Shown in pieces: positions 42,241-55,945 of a stretch of 64,000 nt of DNA. This DNA comes from Alphaproteobacteria bacterium (GTDB taxonomy: Bacteria; Pseudomonadota; Alphaproteobacteria; Bin95), in assembly GCA_965205265.1 (NCBI GenBank), contig CBDBGH010000003.1, positions 3,456,001 through 3,520,000 of the forward strand. The letters run 5' to 3'. The notes beneath the pieces were generated by a model, which worked only from the letters and a program-made list of their open reading frames with translations, was not told where the DNA came from and made no database searches. Position 1 is the first letter of the stretch, and each line of letters opens with the position of its first letter. A program made the position numbers and the translations under genes.

Positions 42241-42270
42241 GGCCGGCGCTTCGGCGCCGGCCTCTTTTTT
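42241..42270 (+). terminator. Rho-independent terminator
   Basis: GGCCGGCGC-TTCG-GCGCCGGCC followed by TC and T6. Confidence 0.75.
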
Positions 42271-42450
42271 GCTGCCGATCCGGAGGCGTCCCCGGCCCCC
42301 ATGGCGCGTCCGCGTTTCGCGCGGCGCGCGCCTTCTCCGGCGCCAGGCGGGGGCGGAGACCGGCCGGTATCGAGCGTTCCGTCCCGATGGAGGAGTCCCG
42401 CCATGTCCCGCAATCCATTGCCGTCCCGCCTGCCCGGGCGGGGGCCGGCC

Positions 42451-43449
42451 ATGAATGCCGGCGCCCTCGCCGCCGCGCTCGCGGAGCGCGCCGAGGAAGT
42501 CTGCCGCCACTACCTGCCCAACGGACGGCGGCAGGGCCGCTACTGGATCTGCGGCGATATCGACGGCGCCCGCGGCCGCTCCCTCTTCGTCCGCCTCTCC
42601 GGCCCCGGAACGCCCGGCAAGTTCACCGACGCGGCCTCGGGCGAGCATGGCGACCTGCTCGACCTGATCCGCCACCGCTCCCGCGCGCCGACGCTGCGCG
42701 CGGCGCTCGACGAGGCGCGGCGTTTCCTCGCCGTGCCGGCGGACCCCGTCCCTGTATCCAGCGAGCGGTATGACGCCACCGAGGCGGCGCGCCGCCTGTG
42801 GCGCGGCTGCCGCGCCCTCGACGGCAGCCATGCCGAGCGCTATCTCCACGCCCGCGGGCTCGCGCGCTGCCGCTTCGCGGCGCTGCGCTTCCACCCGGCG
42901 CTTCGCTACCGCGAAGGCCCCTCGGTGCGCCGTCTCCCGGCGCTGGTCGCCGCCGTCACCGGCGGCGACTCCGGATCGCAGTCCGGGGCAGGCGGCCGGC
43001 TCTTCGGCGTCCAGCGCACCTGGCTCGATCCCCGCTCGCCCGCCAAGGCGGATGTCGCCCATCCGCGCAAGGCGCTCGGACGCATCCATGGCCTCGCCGT
43101 GCGCTTCGGCCAGCCCGGCGACGGCGCTGCGCTGGTCGTCGGCGAGGGCATCGAGACCGTGCTCTCGCTGGTCGCCGCCCTGCCCGAGATCCGCGCCGCG
43201 GCGGCGCTCTCGGCCGGCAGCCTCGGCGCCTTCTCTCCGCCTGCCGGCGTCGCCCGCCTCGTGATCGCGCGGGACAACGACGAGGACGGCGCACGCGCCG
43301 CCGAACGCCTCGCCCGGCGCTGCGCGCGGGCGGGCGTCGCCGCCACGGCGATCGTGCCCCAGGGCAACGACTTCAACGACGACCTGGTCGCGCTCGGCGC
43401 GGCGGCGCTGCGCGCCCGCCTCGCGCCCCTGTTCCGCCCCGGCGCCTGA
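42451..43449 (+). CDS. Toprim-domain protein, copy 2
   Basis: Paralog of 24294-25268 with an 8-aa insertion (SGSQSGAG). Confidence 0.85.
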   Translation: MNAGALAAALAERAEEVCRHYLPNGRRQGRYWICGDIDGARGRSLFVRLSGPGTPGKFTDAASGEHGDLLDLIRHRSRAPTLRAALDEARRFLAVPADPVPVSSERYDATEAARRLWRGCRALDGSHAERYLHARGLARCRFAALRFHPALRYREGPSVRRLPALVAAVTGGDSGSQSGAGGRLFGVQRTWLDPRSPAKADVAHPRKALGRIHGLAVRFGQPGDGAALVVGEGIETVLSLVAALPEIRAAAALSAGSLGAFSPPAGVARLVIARDNDEDGARAAERLARRCARAGVAATAIVPQGNDFNDDLVALGAAALRARLAPLFRPGA

Positions 43450-43516
43450 CCCGGCGTGGCAGGAGAAAGAGGAAAGCGAGGGTCGGGCAAGCCGACCCGG
43501 GGAGAGGAGGGAGCCG

Positions 43517-43873
43517 ATGGACGCCGTCATCAATCTGAAGACCGAACCGAGACTGCGGGAAGCGTTCGACCATGCACAGGTAGTCAACAACACCGTGCTG
43601 ATCGACCGCCGCACGAAGTGGGGAAACCCGTTCCGGATCGCACCGGCCTGTTCGAGGGAACAGGCGGTCGCCCGCTACCGCGCCGATCTCTGGCGCCGCA
43701 TCCGCGCGGGCGAGGTGTCACTGCAAGAACTCGCCGCGCTCGACGGCTGCTGGCTTGCATGCTGGTGCGAGCCGGAGCCGTGTCATGGCGACGTGCTGGC
43801 CCGCGCGGCGGCCTGGGCGGCGCAGGTGCTGGCGGAACGCAGCGCCCGCCAGGCGGAGGGGGGCGCGTCATGA
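43517..43873 (+). CDS. DUF4326 protein, copy 2
   Basis: IDRRTKWGNPF...LACWCEPEPCHGDVL. Confidence 0.85.
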   Translation: MDAVINLKTEPRLREAFDHAQVVNNTVLIDRRTKWGNPFRIAPACSREQAVARYRADLWRRIRAGEVSLQELAALDGCWLACWCEPEPCHGDVLARAAAWAAQVLAERSARQAEGGAS

Positions 43874-44097
43874 GCGCCATCGCCTTCCGCCGCATCGCCC
43901 CGGACCAGTCCCGCATCTACTGCGACGGCGACCATGTCGGCGACGTCTGTGCCCTCGACGATCCGCTGCGCGAGGGTGCGCGGTATTTCGTGGTGCATCT
44001 CCACGAGGATCCGCGCGGTCCCTGCCGCGTCCATGACCGCAACCGCATCCGCGAGGTGGCCAGGCAGCGGATCCTCTCGCATCCGCTGTGGGGGTGA
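43870..44097 (+). CDS. Hypothetical protein, copy 2
   Basis: Paralog of 25669-25896. Confidence 0.7.
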   Translation: MSAIAFRRIAPDQSRIYCDGDHVGDVCALDDPLREGARYFVVHLHEDPRGPCRVHDRNRIREVARQRILSHPLWG

Positions 44098-44311
44098 CCC
44101 GCCATGACTGTCAAGCTGCGCGCTCCGCTTGCAAGGCTGACCGACAGGTCCGGGGATGCTCCCGAAGGCCGTGCCGGGCGGCAGCGCCCATCGGGTCCGT
44201 GCAAGGGGAAAGAATTTGCCTGCGTGCGTGCTGTCCCATTGTGCCACACGTGCTCACTGCACCAACCCCGCCGGCGGCGGGGTCCTCCACTCCGCTCGCG
44301 CTCCGTTCCGG

Positions 44312-44445
44312 CCGGGACTCGGAATGAAACGGCGCTGAAGCGCCTAGGCCCGGCGGAATGCGCGACCGTGGCTCCGCACTCGCTCCGCTCGCTTGTGCGC
44401 CCGCACCACTCGCGCATCCCGCCGGGCCATTCATTCCGGACCCGG
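44312..44445. promoter_or_regulatory. Large stem-loop upstream of DUF2493, copy 2
   Basis: ggcccggcggaatgcgcga / tcgcgcatcccgccgggcc, compensatory changes relative to copy 1. Confidence 0.55.
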
Positions 44446-44534
44446 TGCTTCCGCTGCGCGCGCGTGACCCAACAGGACATCACTTCGGGGCGCAACGCTC
44501 CGATAGCTGCAACCCGATCGTCAAGGAGATCGTC

Positions 44535-45470
44535 ATGAACACCATCATCGAGAACATCGACACCGTCGAGAGCACCGAGCACTCCGTCACCGCAACCGTC
44601 TGCGACAACGCCGCCCTCTTCGGCGCAACACCCGAGCGCGACGAGTTCGATCCCCGCGTCGTCTGGGACAAGGACGATGCGCTGACCGCCGTCGAGGAAG
44701 CCTTCCGCATTCTCAGCGACGGCGTCTGCCCCGACGGCACACAGCTCGCCGACGAGCGCGAACACCTGCTCTGGGGGTTCGTCAACATGCTCCACGCCCA
44801 GACACAGCGCATCGACCGCAGCGTCGACAGGCTCACCCCCGAACTCCGAGACCTCCAGCGCGACCAGGACGGAACCGAGATCAGGTCGTTCGAGCTGGAG
44901 ATGACCACCCACCGCGCGCAGAACCTCGGAGACCGCCGCGACGCCTTCGAGAAAATGCGCGACGCCTGCGCCGATGCCTACCGCGAGGAAACCGGAGAGG
45001 TCTGGCGCCCGCGCCACGGCTCGCACGCATCCCGGACCGGCAAGCTCACCTCCGCCGCCATCGAGGCCCGCGACTTCATCCGCGCACGGAAGGACCGCGA
45101 GACCATGGCCCACCTGCCGCAAGGCACCCTCGTCGCCATCGCAGGCGGCAGGGACATCGCAGACCCCGCCGCCGTCATCGCCCGCCTCGACCAGGCCCGC
45201 ACCAAGTACGCCGACATGGTCCTCGTGCACGGCGGCGGCCCCGGCGTCGAGAAGATCGCCGCACGCTGGGCCGAGCGGAACGGCGTCCACCAGATCGTCT
45301 GCAAGCCCGACTGGGACCGCCACGGACGCGCCGCGCCCTTCCGCCGCAACGACGAACTCCTCAACCTCCTGCCCAGGGGCGTCATCGCCTTCCCCGGCTC
45401 CGGCATCACAGAGAACCTCGTCGACAAGGCGAAGCAGCTCGGCATCCCGGTCATGCGCTGCCCAGCCTGA
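44535..45470 (+). CDS. DUF2493 (SLOG/YspA-like) protein, intact copy
   Basis: LLWGFVN, GDRRDAFE, VAIAGGRD, LVHGG..GVE, PDW.RHGRAAPFRRN, AFPGSGIT. Confidence 0.88.
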   Translation: MNTIIENIDTVESTEHSVTATVCDNAALFGATPERDEFDPRVVWDKDDALTAVEEAFRILSDGVCPDGTQLADEREHLLWGFVNMLHAQTQRIDRSVDRLTPELRDLQRDQDGTEIRSFELEMTTHRAQNLGDRRDAFEKMRDACADAYREETGEVWRPRHGSHASRTGKLTSAAIEARDFIRARKDRETMAHLPQGTLVAIAGGRDIADPAAVIARLDQARTKYADMVLVHGGGPGVEKIAARWAERNGVHQIVCKPDWDRHGRAAPFRRNDELLNLLPRGVIAFPGSGITENLVDKAKQLGIPVMRCPA

Positions 45471-45894
45471 CCGCAGCACATCGCGGGCCGCGTCGTCATC
45501 CCGGCAGCGGGACGGCGGCGCGGCCCGTTTCCTCTTGCGCACACACTTCGCGCGGCAACGCCATCCTCGCGCGCGCTTCGTCCTGCCCCGGACCACGACC
45601 CGGGGGCTCGCTGCCCTCGCCGATCGCGTCTGCGGTCCGCTGCCGCGTCACGCGCCGCTGCACCATGCCGCCCATAAGTGCACCGGCCACTGCGCCGAAC
45701 CCGGCGCACCGCCGCCTGCGCTTCCGTCGCGCGCCCTCGCATCATGCTGCGCATGAATGCCTCGGACGCCGCGCCCGACGCCGCCGCTCACACACGCCGC
45801 GGCGGCTCCCCTCCGCCGCTCTCGCCGGCGTCGATTCCCCCATCGCTCATGCATCGCAAATCGTGCTCCGACGGGCCGCGCCCGTCTCGGTCCA

Positions 45895-46159
45895 CACACC
45901 CGACGCACCGATGGTGCAGGGAGAACCGTGCCGCCCATGTCCACATATGCCGCCCATGCCACGGTCACTGGAACGGGTGTCCGCCCCTGTCCGCTCCTGT
46001 CATGCCGGAAACAGTTGCCACCGATCGGTGGCGGAATGCACCGCTCGCGATCCGAAAAATAATGCTGTTTATCAACATGTTGTCGATACGCGCACCGATT
46101 GCGACCGCCGCGTGTGACGGCCGTGTTTATGGCATTCCCTGCGCACCACCGATCGGTGG
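45895..46159 (-). other. Apparently intact MOBF-type oriT (site B)
   Basis: Minus strand GCACC-ATC-GGTGC-GTCGGGTGT^G; IHF consensus TATCAACATGTTG at 46070-46082; palindromes at 46017-46032 and 46146-46159. Confidence 0.7.
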
Positions 46160-46221
46160 CATGGACGGGCGCGCCACATGATGGCAAACTGCCAACCGGC
46201 AATCGCCTCATTCGCCCCTCG

Positions 46222-47610
46222 GAGATCGTGTTCCGAGCGGTGGTGTAAGAGCCTGGCGGCCGTCGCGGTATCCGGCGGGTAGGGCCGGTAGGCTCAGGCT
46301 GCCACGGCGGGCAGCTTGACGGTTGCATTGTCGCTCACGGGAGCGATCGATTCCAGCGTCATGTATCTGGCCCTCTGGACGGCCCATTCGTCGTTCTGCT
46401 CGAGCAGGATGGCGCCGATCAGCCGTGTTATGGCGTCCTCGTTGGGGAAGATGCCGACGGTGTTGGTACGCCGCTTGATCTCGCCATGGAGTCGTTCGAG
46501 CGGGTTTGTCGAGTGCAGCTTGGGGCGATGCGCGGCCGGGAAGGTCATGTCGGCGAGAACGTCGTGCTCGGCCTCGTCCATGAGAGCGGCGAGCTTCGGC
46601 GCCTTGGCCCTGAGCTGGTCGGCGACCTGGCGCCACTGGGCGGAGGCGCTGTCTGCATCCTCCTGGGCGAAGGCGGTGGTGACGAAGGCGGACACGACGC
46701 GCCGGCCCTGCTTGCCGGCATGGGCGAGCAGGGTGCGCATGAAGTGGACGCGGCAGCGCTGCCATGTGGCGCCGAGGACGCGCGTTGCAGCCGCCTTCAG
46801 GCCCTTGTGGTCATCGGAGACGACCAGCTTGACGCCGCGCAGGCCGCGGCGGGCCAGGGAGCGCAGGAAGGAGGTCCAGAAGGTCTCGGCCTCGGACGCG
46901 CCGATCGCCATGCCGAGCACCTCGCGGCGGCCCTGGTCGTTGACCGCCACCGCGATCGTGACCGCGACCGAGACGACGCGCCCGGCCTCGCGCATCTTCA
47001 CATAGGTCGCGTCCAGCCACAGATACGGCCAGTCGCCCTCCAGCGGGCGGTCGAGGAAGTCGCGGATCTTGCCGTCGATCTCACCGCACAGCCGCGACAC
47101 CTGGCTCTTCGAGATGCCCGACATGCCCATGGCCTGCACCAGGTCGTCCACCGAGCGGGTCGACACGCCCTTGATGTAGGCCTCCTGGATCACCGCCGTC
47201 AGCGCCTTCTCCGCCATGCGACGCGGCTCCAGGAAGCCCGGGAAGCAGCTCCCCTTGCGCAGCTTCGGGATCTTCAGCTCCACCGTGCCCGCGCGCGTCT
47301 CCCGCAAGGCCCTCCACCTCAAGCGCCATCAAACGCTCGGCCGTGAACCCGATCATCTCGCGAAGCAGATCGGCGTCCGAACTCTTCTCCAAAAGCGCCT
47401 GCAGGGTCATCATGTCCTTGGTGGTCATCGTGGTACTCCTCCGGTCGGATGGACTGTAGAAGCCCAACCCTAACCGGCACCGCGATGGCCATCCGCTATG
47501 GATAAGTGGCCCGCCGCCGCCAGACTCCACACGGTCGCGGCGCCGGGCCACTTACCCACAGCTACCGATGCTGGCTCCTGCTCCTACACCACGCCTGGGG
47601 GCACGACCTC
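46222..47610 (-). mobile_element. IS256-family element, defective
   Basis: IRs GAGATCGTGTTCCGAGCGGTGGTGTA / TACACCACGCCTGGGGGCACGACCTC; no matching target duplication. Confidence 0.85.
46294..47428 (-). pseudogene. IS256 transposase with internal deletion/frameshift near 47305
   Basis: MTTKDMM...LMALEVEGL jumps to [15 protein letters not shown], missing the usual RNGYR segment; [27 protein letters not shown]. Confidence 0.85.
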
Positions 47611-47677
47611 AGGCCGCGGACGCACCTCTCCCGTGGCGGGCCGAATCCCGCTTTCGGGGGCAGTGACGAAGGGGTGA

Positions 47678-47980
47678 TCAGGCTGCGAGACGTCGTCGTC
47701 GCTCGCGGTTGAGCGCCCGTTTGCGCTTGCGCTCGGCCTGGACTATCTCCTGCTGACGCAAGCGGCCGATGCGGATCAGGTTGCAGGCGACCACCGACAT
47801 GGCGACCATGCGTGCAAACCCGTCAGCACCGTAGGACAGGACGCGGGACATGCCGTGGTGTTCGAGCATGTTGATTGCCGACTCGATGCCGGGATGACGC
47901 TTGCGGGCGGCGACAAACTCCGGCGCCTCCTGGCGCCGGGCCTGTTCGGCCGTCGGCTTGCCCTTTTTCGGCAGCGCCGT
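47678..47980 (-). pseudogene. C-terminal fragment of an ISNCY/IS5-like transposase
   Basis: LPKKGK...EFVAARKRHPGIESAINMLEHHGM.RV...G.DGF.R.VAMSVVACNL.RIG. Confidence 0.65.
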
Positions 47981-48321
47981 CAGTTCAAGCTTTGCTGACA
48001 GATCCTCATAGGTTTTTCCACTGACCGATCAGGACATCGAAGCCGGCATTGGCGACGACGACATGCAGGTGGGGATGCCAGTCGAGTCTCTGGTTCCATG
48101 TATGCAGGACGGCGGTGCCACCGATCCTGGCACCGAAACTGCGGCGCGACAATCAGCTTGAGACGCTGGCGACAATCAGGATGAGACGGGGGAAGGCGGC
48201 GGCCCGGAACGGAGGGAGGGCGTAGCCCGACCGGAGTTCCGGGCCGCCGCCTCAAAAAATTTTTCCTGGACCTTCTGGCGGGGTCGGTCGGCTGGGCGAA
48301 CGGTGACGTTTTTCCGAGTAG

Positions 48322-50669
<2,348 letters not shown>

Positions 50670-50930
50670 ACCGCTGCCGCCAGATCGGCCCAGCGGCCAC
50701 AACACTCACGGCCCGCGGGAATCGCCTCCGCGGGCCGTCTCTTCTCCGACCCGACGGCCCCCCCGCGACAATCAAAACGCTCTCCGAAAACCTTGTTTGT
50801 CGCGCCGCGACAATCAAAATCCGAAACCGCTTGCAATCCGCGCCCCGCGCGACAATCATCAACTCGCCGATGCCGCCGGGGAATCTCATCCTGATTGACG
50901 CGCGGCTCTCACCCAGATTGTCGCGCTATA

Positions 50931-51223
50931 TCGCACGCCTCGACCAGGCCCGCGCCAAGTACGCCGACATGGTCCTCGTGCACGGCGGCGGCCCCGGCGT
51001 CGAGAAGATCGCCGCAGGCTGGGCCGAGCGCAACGGCGTCCACCAGGTCGTCTGCAAGCCCGACTGGGACCGCCACGGTCGCGCCGCACCCTTCCGCCGC
51101 AACGACGAGCTGCTCAACCTCCTGCCCAAGGGCGTCATCGCCTTCCCCGGCTCCGGCATCACCGAGAACCTCGTCGACAAGGCGAAGCAGCTCGGCATCC
51201 CGGTCATGCGCTGCGCCGCCTGA
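50931..51223 (+). pseudogene. 3' fragment of DUF2493 gene, copy 3
   Basis: IARLDQARAKYADMVLVHGG...GIPVMRCAA starts right at the IS21 end. Confidence 0.85.
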
Positions 51224-51663
51224 TCCGCAACACCCTCGCGGGCCGCACCGTCGCTCCGGCGGCCGTGCGGCCCGTTCCCGCGTGCGCACACCGGTCACCG
51301 CAACGCCTTCCTCGCGCGCGCTCCGCGCCGCGCTCGGGCTCCGGCTCGCTGCGCTCGCCGACCGCGCCTGCGTTCCGCGTCACCCGCCGCTGCACCATGC
51401 CGCGCATGAGTGCACCGGCCACTGCGCCGAACCCGGCGCACTGCCGCCCGCATCGCGCGCTGCACCCGTGCAGGCGCCGCTGCGCGCGCTGCCGCCCGCG
51501 CGCCCTCGCATCATGCTGCGCATGAATGCCTCGGACGCCGCGCCCGACGCCGCCGCTCACACGCCGCGGCGGCTTCCCTCCGCCGCTCTCGCCGGCGTCG
51601 ATTCCCCCATCGTCAATGCCGCAGACTCAGCCGTCCCGACCGCCCGGGGCGGCCTCGGTTCGT

Positions 51664-51686
51664 CACACCCGACGCATCTGTGATGC
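51664..51686 (-). other. MOBF-type nic core (site A')
   Basis: Identical to site A. Confidence 0.7.
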
Positions 51687-51890
51687 CTTTTCGCCTTCCG
51701 GTTGGCGTTGCGGGAGGTTGCCGGGGAACCCTTGTTTTGCAACGGTTTCCGGTCTTCCCGCCTGCCGCTTCCTTGTCCTCCTGCCCGCGAGCCCGGGGCC
51801 CTGTCCAGGACACGTTGTGGCATGTCCTGCGGGTCGGGTCCACCCGTCCCGGACGCTCGGCCCCTTCCGGCGCGCCGCGGCCGGGTTCGT

Positions 51891-53165
51891 TCAGAACTGG
51901 CGCACGAAGCTGAGTTCGGCGCGGTTGCGCCGGTAGTCGAGGGCCTGGGCGTTGGTCTTGCGCTGCTCGCGGATGAGGGAGAGGCGGGGGCTGAAGCCGA
52001 GCACGGTCACGGCGCGGTTGTGGACCGAGACCGAGAGGGTCCGCGTGTCGTCCCGGCGCGGCTTGCGGTCGATGGTGCGGTGGGCGGCGCCGCCGCCCTC
52101 ATAGTCGGTGCGCTGCAGGGCGGCGCGCAGGCCGAGCGTGAAGCCGGCCGGCAGCGCCAGCGTGGCGCCGAGGCTCGCCCGCGGGCCGCTGTTGCGCCAG
52201 TGTTCGGCCCTGGCGCGGGCCCAGCTCCAGCCGGCATTGCCGCCGAGGCGCAGGATGGTCAGCGCGGCCCAGTTGGCGCCGAGCGAGACGTCGCCCACCG
52301 GGCCGTCGAGCCAGTCGCAGCCGCGGCAGTTGCGCCGGGCGGCGCCGGCGCGGGCGAAGAGCGCGAGGCGCGGCGTCAGCAGATGCTCGCCTTCGAGGCG
52401 CAGGCCGACGCTGTCGGTCTCGGGCCGGCCGGCGGTCCATTGCCGGTCCGCGGTCGCCAGCAGGCTCGCTTCGGTGCGGGCGTCGATCAGCCAGCGCGGG
52501 CCGACATGGGCGGCAAGGAAATGCCGGTCGAACTCCCCGCCCCTGTATTCCCGGACGCTGGCGTCCGCCCCGGCGCGCAGGCGCAGGCGGTCGTTCAGCG
52601 GATGCTGGTATTCGCCGCCGCCCCAGAAGGAGACGCCGAGGCCGGATTCGGGCTTCGCGGGATCGTCCAGGGTGAAAGGCAGCCGGCCGAACGGGGTGTC
52701 GAGGAAGACCGTGCGCTCGCCCGAGGCGGCGTTGAGGTTGCTGTCCGGGACGATGGCCGCCCCGAACCACGCCTCCCAGCGCCGCCGCGCGCGGATGATG
52801 TCGAGGAAGCGCCGGATGTTGGCGGCGACCGCCGGGGGCACGTCGCCCGCCAGCACCTGCTCGAAATGCCGCCGCGCCAGCGTGTCCTCCTCCTTCAGGA
52901 AGAAGGCGCGGGCGAGTTCGAGACGCACCCGCACCAGCTCCGGGCGGTCCACCAGGATGGCCCGGAAGGCGGCGACCGCCTCGTCGAGCCTGCCCTCGCG
53001 GGCTTCCCGGTCCGGTGCGGCATCGGCGGCGGCAAGCGCCTCCATCCCGGCCCGGAAGCGCATGTCGGTCGCATCCTGGCCCAGGGCGGGGCGCGCGACG
53101 GGCGCCGCAACAAGCAGGACCGACAGCCCCGCCAGCACGGGAACAAGGAACCGGAAAGGTCTCAT
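51891..53165 (-). CDS. Slam / DUF560 translocator, copy 2
   Basis: Identical to copy 1. Confidence 0.85.
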   Translation of the reverse strand: MRPFRFLVPVLAGLSVLLVAAPVARPALGQDATDMRFRAGMEALAAADAAPDREAREGRLDEAVAAFRAILVDRPELVRVRLELARAFFLKEEDTLARRHFEQVLAGDVPPAVAANIRRFLDIIRARRRWEAWFGAAIVPDSNLNAASGERTVFLDTPFGRLPFTLDDPAKPESGLGVSFWGGGEYQHPLNDRLRLRAGADASVREYRGGEFDRHFLAAHVGPRWLIDARTEASLLATADRQWTAGRPETDSVGLRLEGEHLLTPRLALFARAGAARRNCRGCDWLDGPVGDVSLGANWAALTILRLGGNAGWSWARARAEHWRNSGPRASLGATLALPAGFTLGLRAALQRTDYEGGGAAHRTIDRKPRRDDTRTLSVSVHNRAVTVLGFSPRLSLIREQRKTNAQALDYRRNRAELSFVRQF

Positions 53166-53296
53166 CGCGTCTGTCGCATCGCTTGCCGTCCGGGCTCCCG
53201 ATCGAAAAAGAAGGGCGGCGCAGGAAACGCGCCACCCTTGTCACGACCGGGAACCGGGCCGGCCTCCCGCATGAACGGGAGCCCGGCCCCGTGCGG

Positions 53297-55945
53297 CTAC
53301 TCCGTCGTCGGCGTCTGAAGCTCCGTGCCGAAGGCGCCGACCATCCGGTGGGTGCCGCCGTGTTCGGCCTGGAACTTGCCCATGATCGCGGTCGGATGGT
53401 TGCTGCCGTCGCCGCCATTCTCAACCGTGCCGGGCTTGTCGTCATACAGGTTGGCCACCCAGCTCCCGGCCGGCGCCGCCTTGTTGCCGTTGATCGACCA
53501 CACCGTCTTTTCCGTGTTGACGATGTGGCCCTTCTGGGCATCGGTGGCCAAGCTGGGGTCGGTGGTCCAGGCCGCCTTGTTCAACGTCACGCTCCAGTCG
53601 TTCTTCATCCCGTTTTTCAGCCTGAAGTCGTGGATCGTGCCGGTCAGGCCCGTGTCGGCGTTCAGGTTGGCGGTCCCGAACTGGGCCTTCAGCGTGGCCG
53701 TCGCCGTGAACTCGCCACCGCCGCCCTTCTCGTTGAGCGGGTCGTTGATGGCGTACCAGCCGATCGCGGGGCCCTCATAGGTCGCCGCCCTGCCTCGGTT
53801 GACGTTCAGGCTCTTGCCGTCCGTGGCGAGATCGACGCCCCCGCCGACGGACTGGTAGAAGGCGCTGACCGCCGCCGGCATGCCGTCGGCGTCGTTCCGC
53901 ACCCACCAGCCGAAGTACATGTAGCTGAGGTCCCTTTCCAGCACCTTCGCGCCCGCGTCGTGGACGAAGTACCAGTCGGCGGACATGAAGTAGCCGCCGA
54001 ACCCGCCTCCTCCGACCCCGGTCTCGACCGTGCAGGTGCCGCTTGCGGGGCAGAAGTAGTTGCCCGGCGCGCCGTAGTAGGTGCCGGGGACCTTGATCTC
54101 CGCGCCCCCGTCGGCCGGCTTCGGAGCGGTCACGGACCCTATCCCGACGGTCCACTTGTCGAACGTGGCGGATGCGATCGCCCGGTCGACCCCGGTGCCC
54201 AGGGTCAGTCTGCGCGCGTGTTTTGGGCCGCTGTTGCCGGATACGAACGGCTCGTAGGTCCCCTTGTTGATCCAGTCGGTGTCGTCCTTGAAGAACTTCG
54301 CGGCATCCATCGGGACGACACCCCATCTCTCCAGCGGGCCGCCCTGCCGGTCGTTGTACACCCGGACCTTGTCGGTGACCTTCATGCTGCCGGAGCCGGT
54401 GGTCCTTTCGTAGTGCGTGACGTTCCACCGGCCCACCTTGTCCATGGTCGTGTCGTGCCCGGGGCGCCCCTCCGCGCCGTGCCTGAAGTACACGGCGGTG
54501 TGGGTGTTCGCAGTCGCGATGCTCCCCGCGCCGGCCGCGGGGTCGATGCGGAAGTCCCCCCGCTCGCCCCTCTGACCGGTCGCCTCCGCCGGGGCGTCGT
54601 GCTGGCTATCGGTGATACTGGTGATGTAGTACGGGACGGTCGCGAGGTTGTTCAGCGCGTTCACCGGGGCCGTTGTGTCATCGGACGGACCCATCGCCGC
54701 GTACAGCGCCCGGCCCATCCTGTGCCCGTCCATGCGCGCCGTCTTGGCGTCGCCGAAGGCGTCCTCCTGCAGGGCGAGCCTCGTGCGCAGCAACTCCTTG
54801 TTGGCCTCGGGGATGTTCGCGTCCGCGATCGCCGTCTTGGCCGCCGCGATGGCGGCTTCGACGTCGGTCACGGTGCTTTCCTCGGACAGGGACGTGATCC
54901 TGGCGATCGCGTCCATGACCGCCTTAATCTCGCCGTCCGTGATCGTCGTGACGACGCCGGCGATGCGGGTCTCCTCGGCCTTGGCCGCCATGCGGGAGTC
55001 CTTGGCCCGGTCGAGCGCGCCCTGATGCATGGCAATCTTCGAGCGAAGCTTCGCCTTTTCAGACTCGGGGATGTTTGCGCCCTCGATCTCCGCCTTGGCC
55101 GCGTCGATGGCGGCCTGGGCGTCCGTCACGGTGTCGTCGCCGGACGTGTTCGTGACCATCTTGACCGCCTCCATGGCCGCCGCGACCTGGGTGCCCTCGA
55201 TGTTCTTGACAACATGATCGTGGTAATGGCCCTGCGCCGTCTTGATCTGCCCGTCGTCAGCGTCCGCACGGTCCGCCTGAGCCTGATACCGGTCCTTTTC
55301 GTCGTCGGTCAGATCCTCGGCGCCCGCGATCGCCGCTTTCAGCTCTCTGAGAGCGGCCATGGCGGCGTCGAGCTGCGCCTTCGTGGGCGTCACGCCCGCA
55401 AACGCCGCAAGAGCCATGTCGAGCTTTCCGGAAGCCCCCGAAAGCGCGTTCATCTGCTCTTTCCGGTCCACGGCTGTCTGGGCACTGGCCAGTTGCGTCC
55501 GATACGTCGCCTTGTTGGCATCGCTCACGTCGCCCGCATCGTCCAGCGCCTCCTTGAGAGCCGCGATGGCCGCCTTGGCCGCGGCGAGCTTGTCCGCGTC
55601 CGACAGGTCGGACGTGTCGACCTCGGCGAGCGCGTCCATCAGCGCCTTCTTCTGATCCATCTCGCGAGCCATCGTCGCCAGCACCGTCTTGCGCGCCGCA
55701 GCCGCCGCCTGAAGCTTCGCGAGCTCCTCGCCGGAAACGCCGGCCGTTGCATCGGCAACGGCCTTGTCGACCGCAGCGTCCGTCGTGGCCGCCTTGATGG
55801 CCGCGTCCGCCTTCTGGTAGGGCGTCTGCGTCTGCGCCGGCATCTGCGTCGTCGTCGACGGCGAGCTTCCGCCCCCGCCGCAGCCGGCAAGCCCCAGAGC
55901 CGTGGCGGCCATGACCGCGATCGCCCAATGCTTCACAATTCTCAT
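53297..55945 (-). CDS. TbpB-barrel lipoprotein, copy 2
   Basis: Identical to copy 1. Confidence 0.8.
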   Translation of the reverse strand: MRIVKHWAIAVMAATALGLAGCGGGGSSPSTTTQMPAQTQTPYQKADAAIKAATTDAAVDKAVADATAGVSGEELAKLQAAAAARKTVLATMAREMDQKKALMDALAEVDTSDLSDADKLAAAKAAIAALKEALDDAGDVSDANKATYRTQLASAQTAVDRKEQMNALSGASGKLDMALAAFAGVTPTKAQLDAAMAALRELKAAIAGAEDLTDDEKDRYQAQADRADADDGQIKTAQGHYHDHVVKNIEGTQVAAAMEAVKMVTNTSGDDTVTDAQAAIDAAKAEIEGANIPESEKAKLRSKIAMHQGALDRAKDSRMAAKAEETRIAGVVTTITDGEIKAVMDAIARITSLSEESTVTDVEAAIAAAKTAIADANIPEANKELLRTRLALQEDAFGDAKTARMDGHRMGRALYAAMGPSDDTTAPVNALNNLATVPYYITSITDSQHDAPAEATGQRGERGDFRIDPAAGAGSIATANTHTAVYFRHGAEGRPGHDTTMDKVGRWNVTHYERTTGSGSMKVTDKVRVYNDRQGGPLERWGVVPMDAAKFFKDDTDWINKGTYEPFVSGNSGPKHARRLTLGTGVDRAIASATFDKWTVGIGSVTAPKPADGGAEIKVPGTYYGAPGNYFCPASGTCTVETGVGGGGFGGYFMSADWYFVHDAGAKVLERDLSYMYFGWWVRNDADGMPAAVSAFYQSVGGGVDLATDGKSLNVNRGRAATYEGPAIGWYAINDPLNEKGGGGEFTATATLKAQFGTANLNADTGLTGTIHDFRLKNGMKNDWSVTLNKAAWTTDPSLATDAQKGHIVNTEKTVWSINGNKAAPAGSWVANLYDDKPGTVENGGDGSNHPTAIMGKFQAEHGGTHRMVGAFGTELQTPTTE

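Noticed and set aside
47981-48139. Possible further IS end (CAGTTCAAGCTTTGCTGACAG...)
   Set aside because: No partner IR or transposase is in the window, so it cannot be supported.
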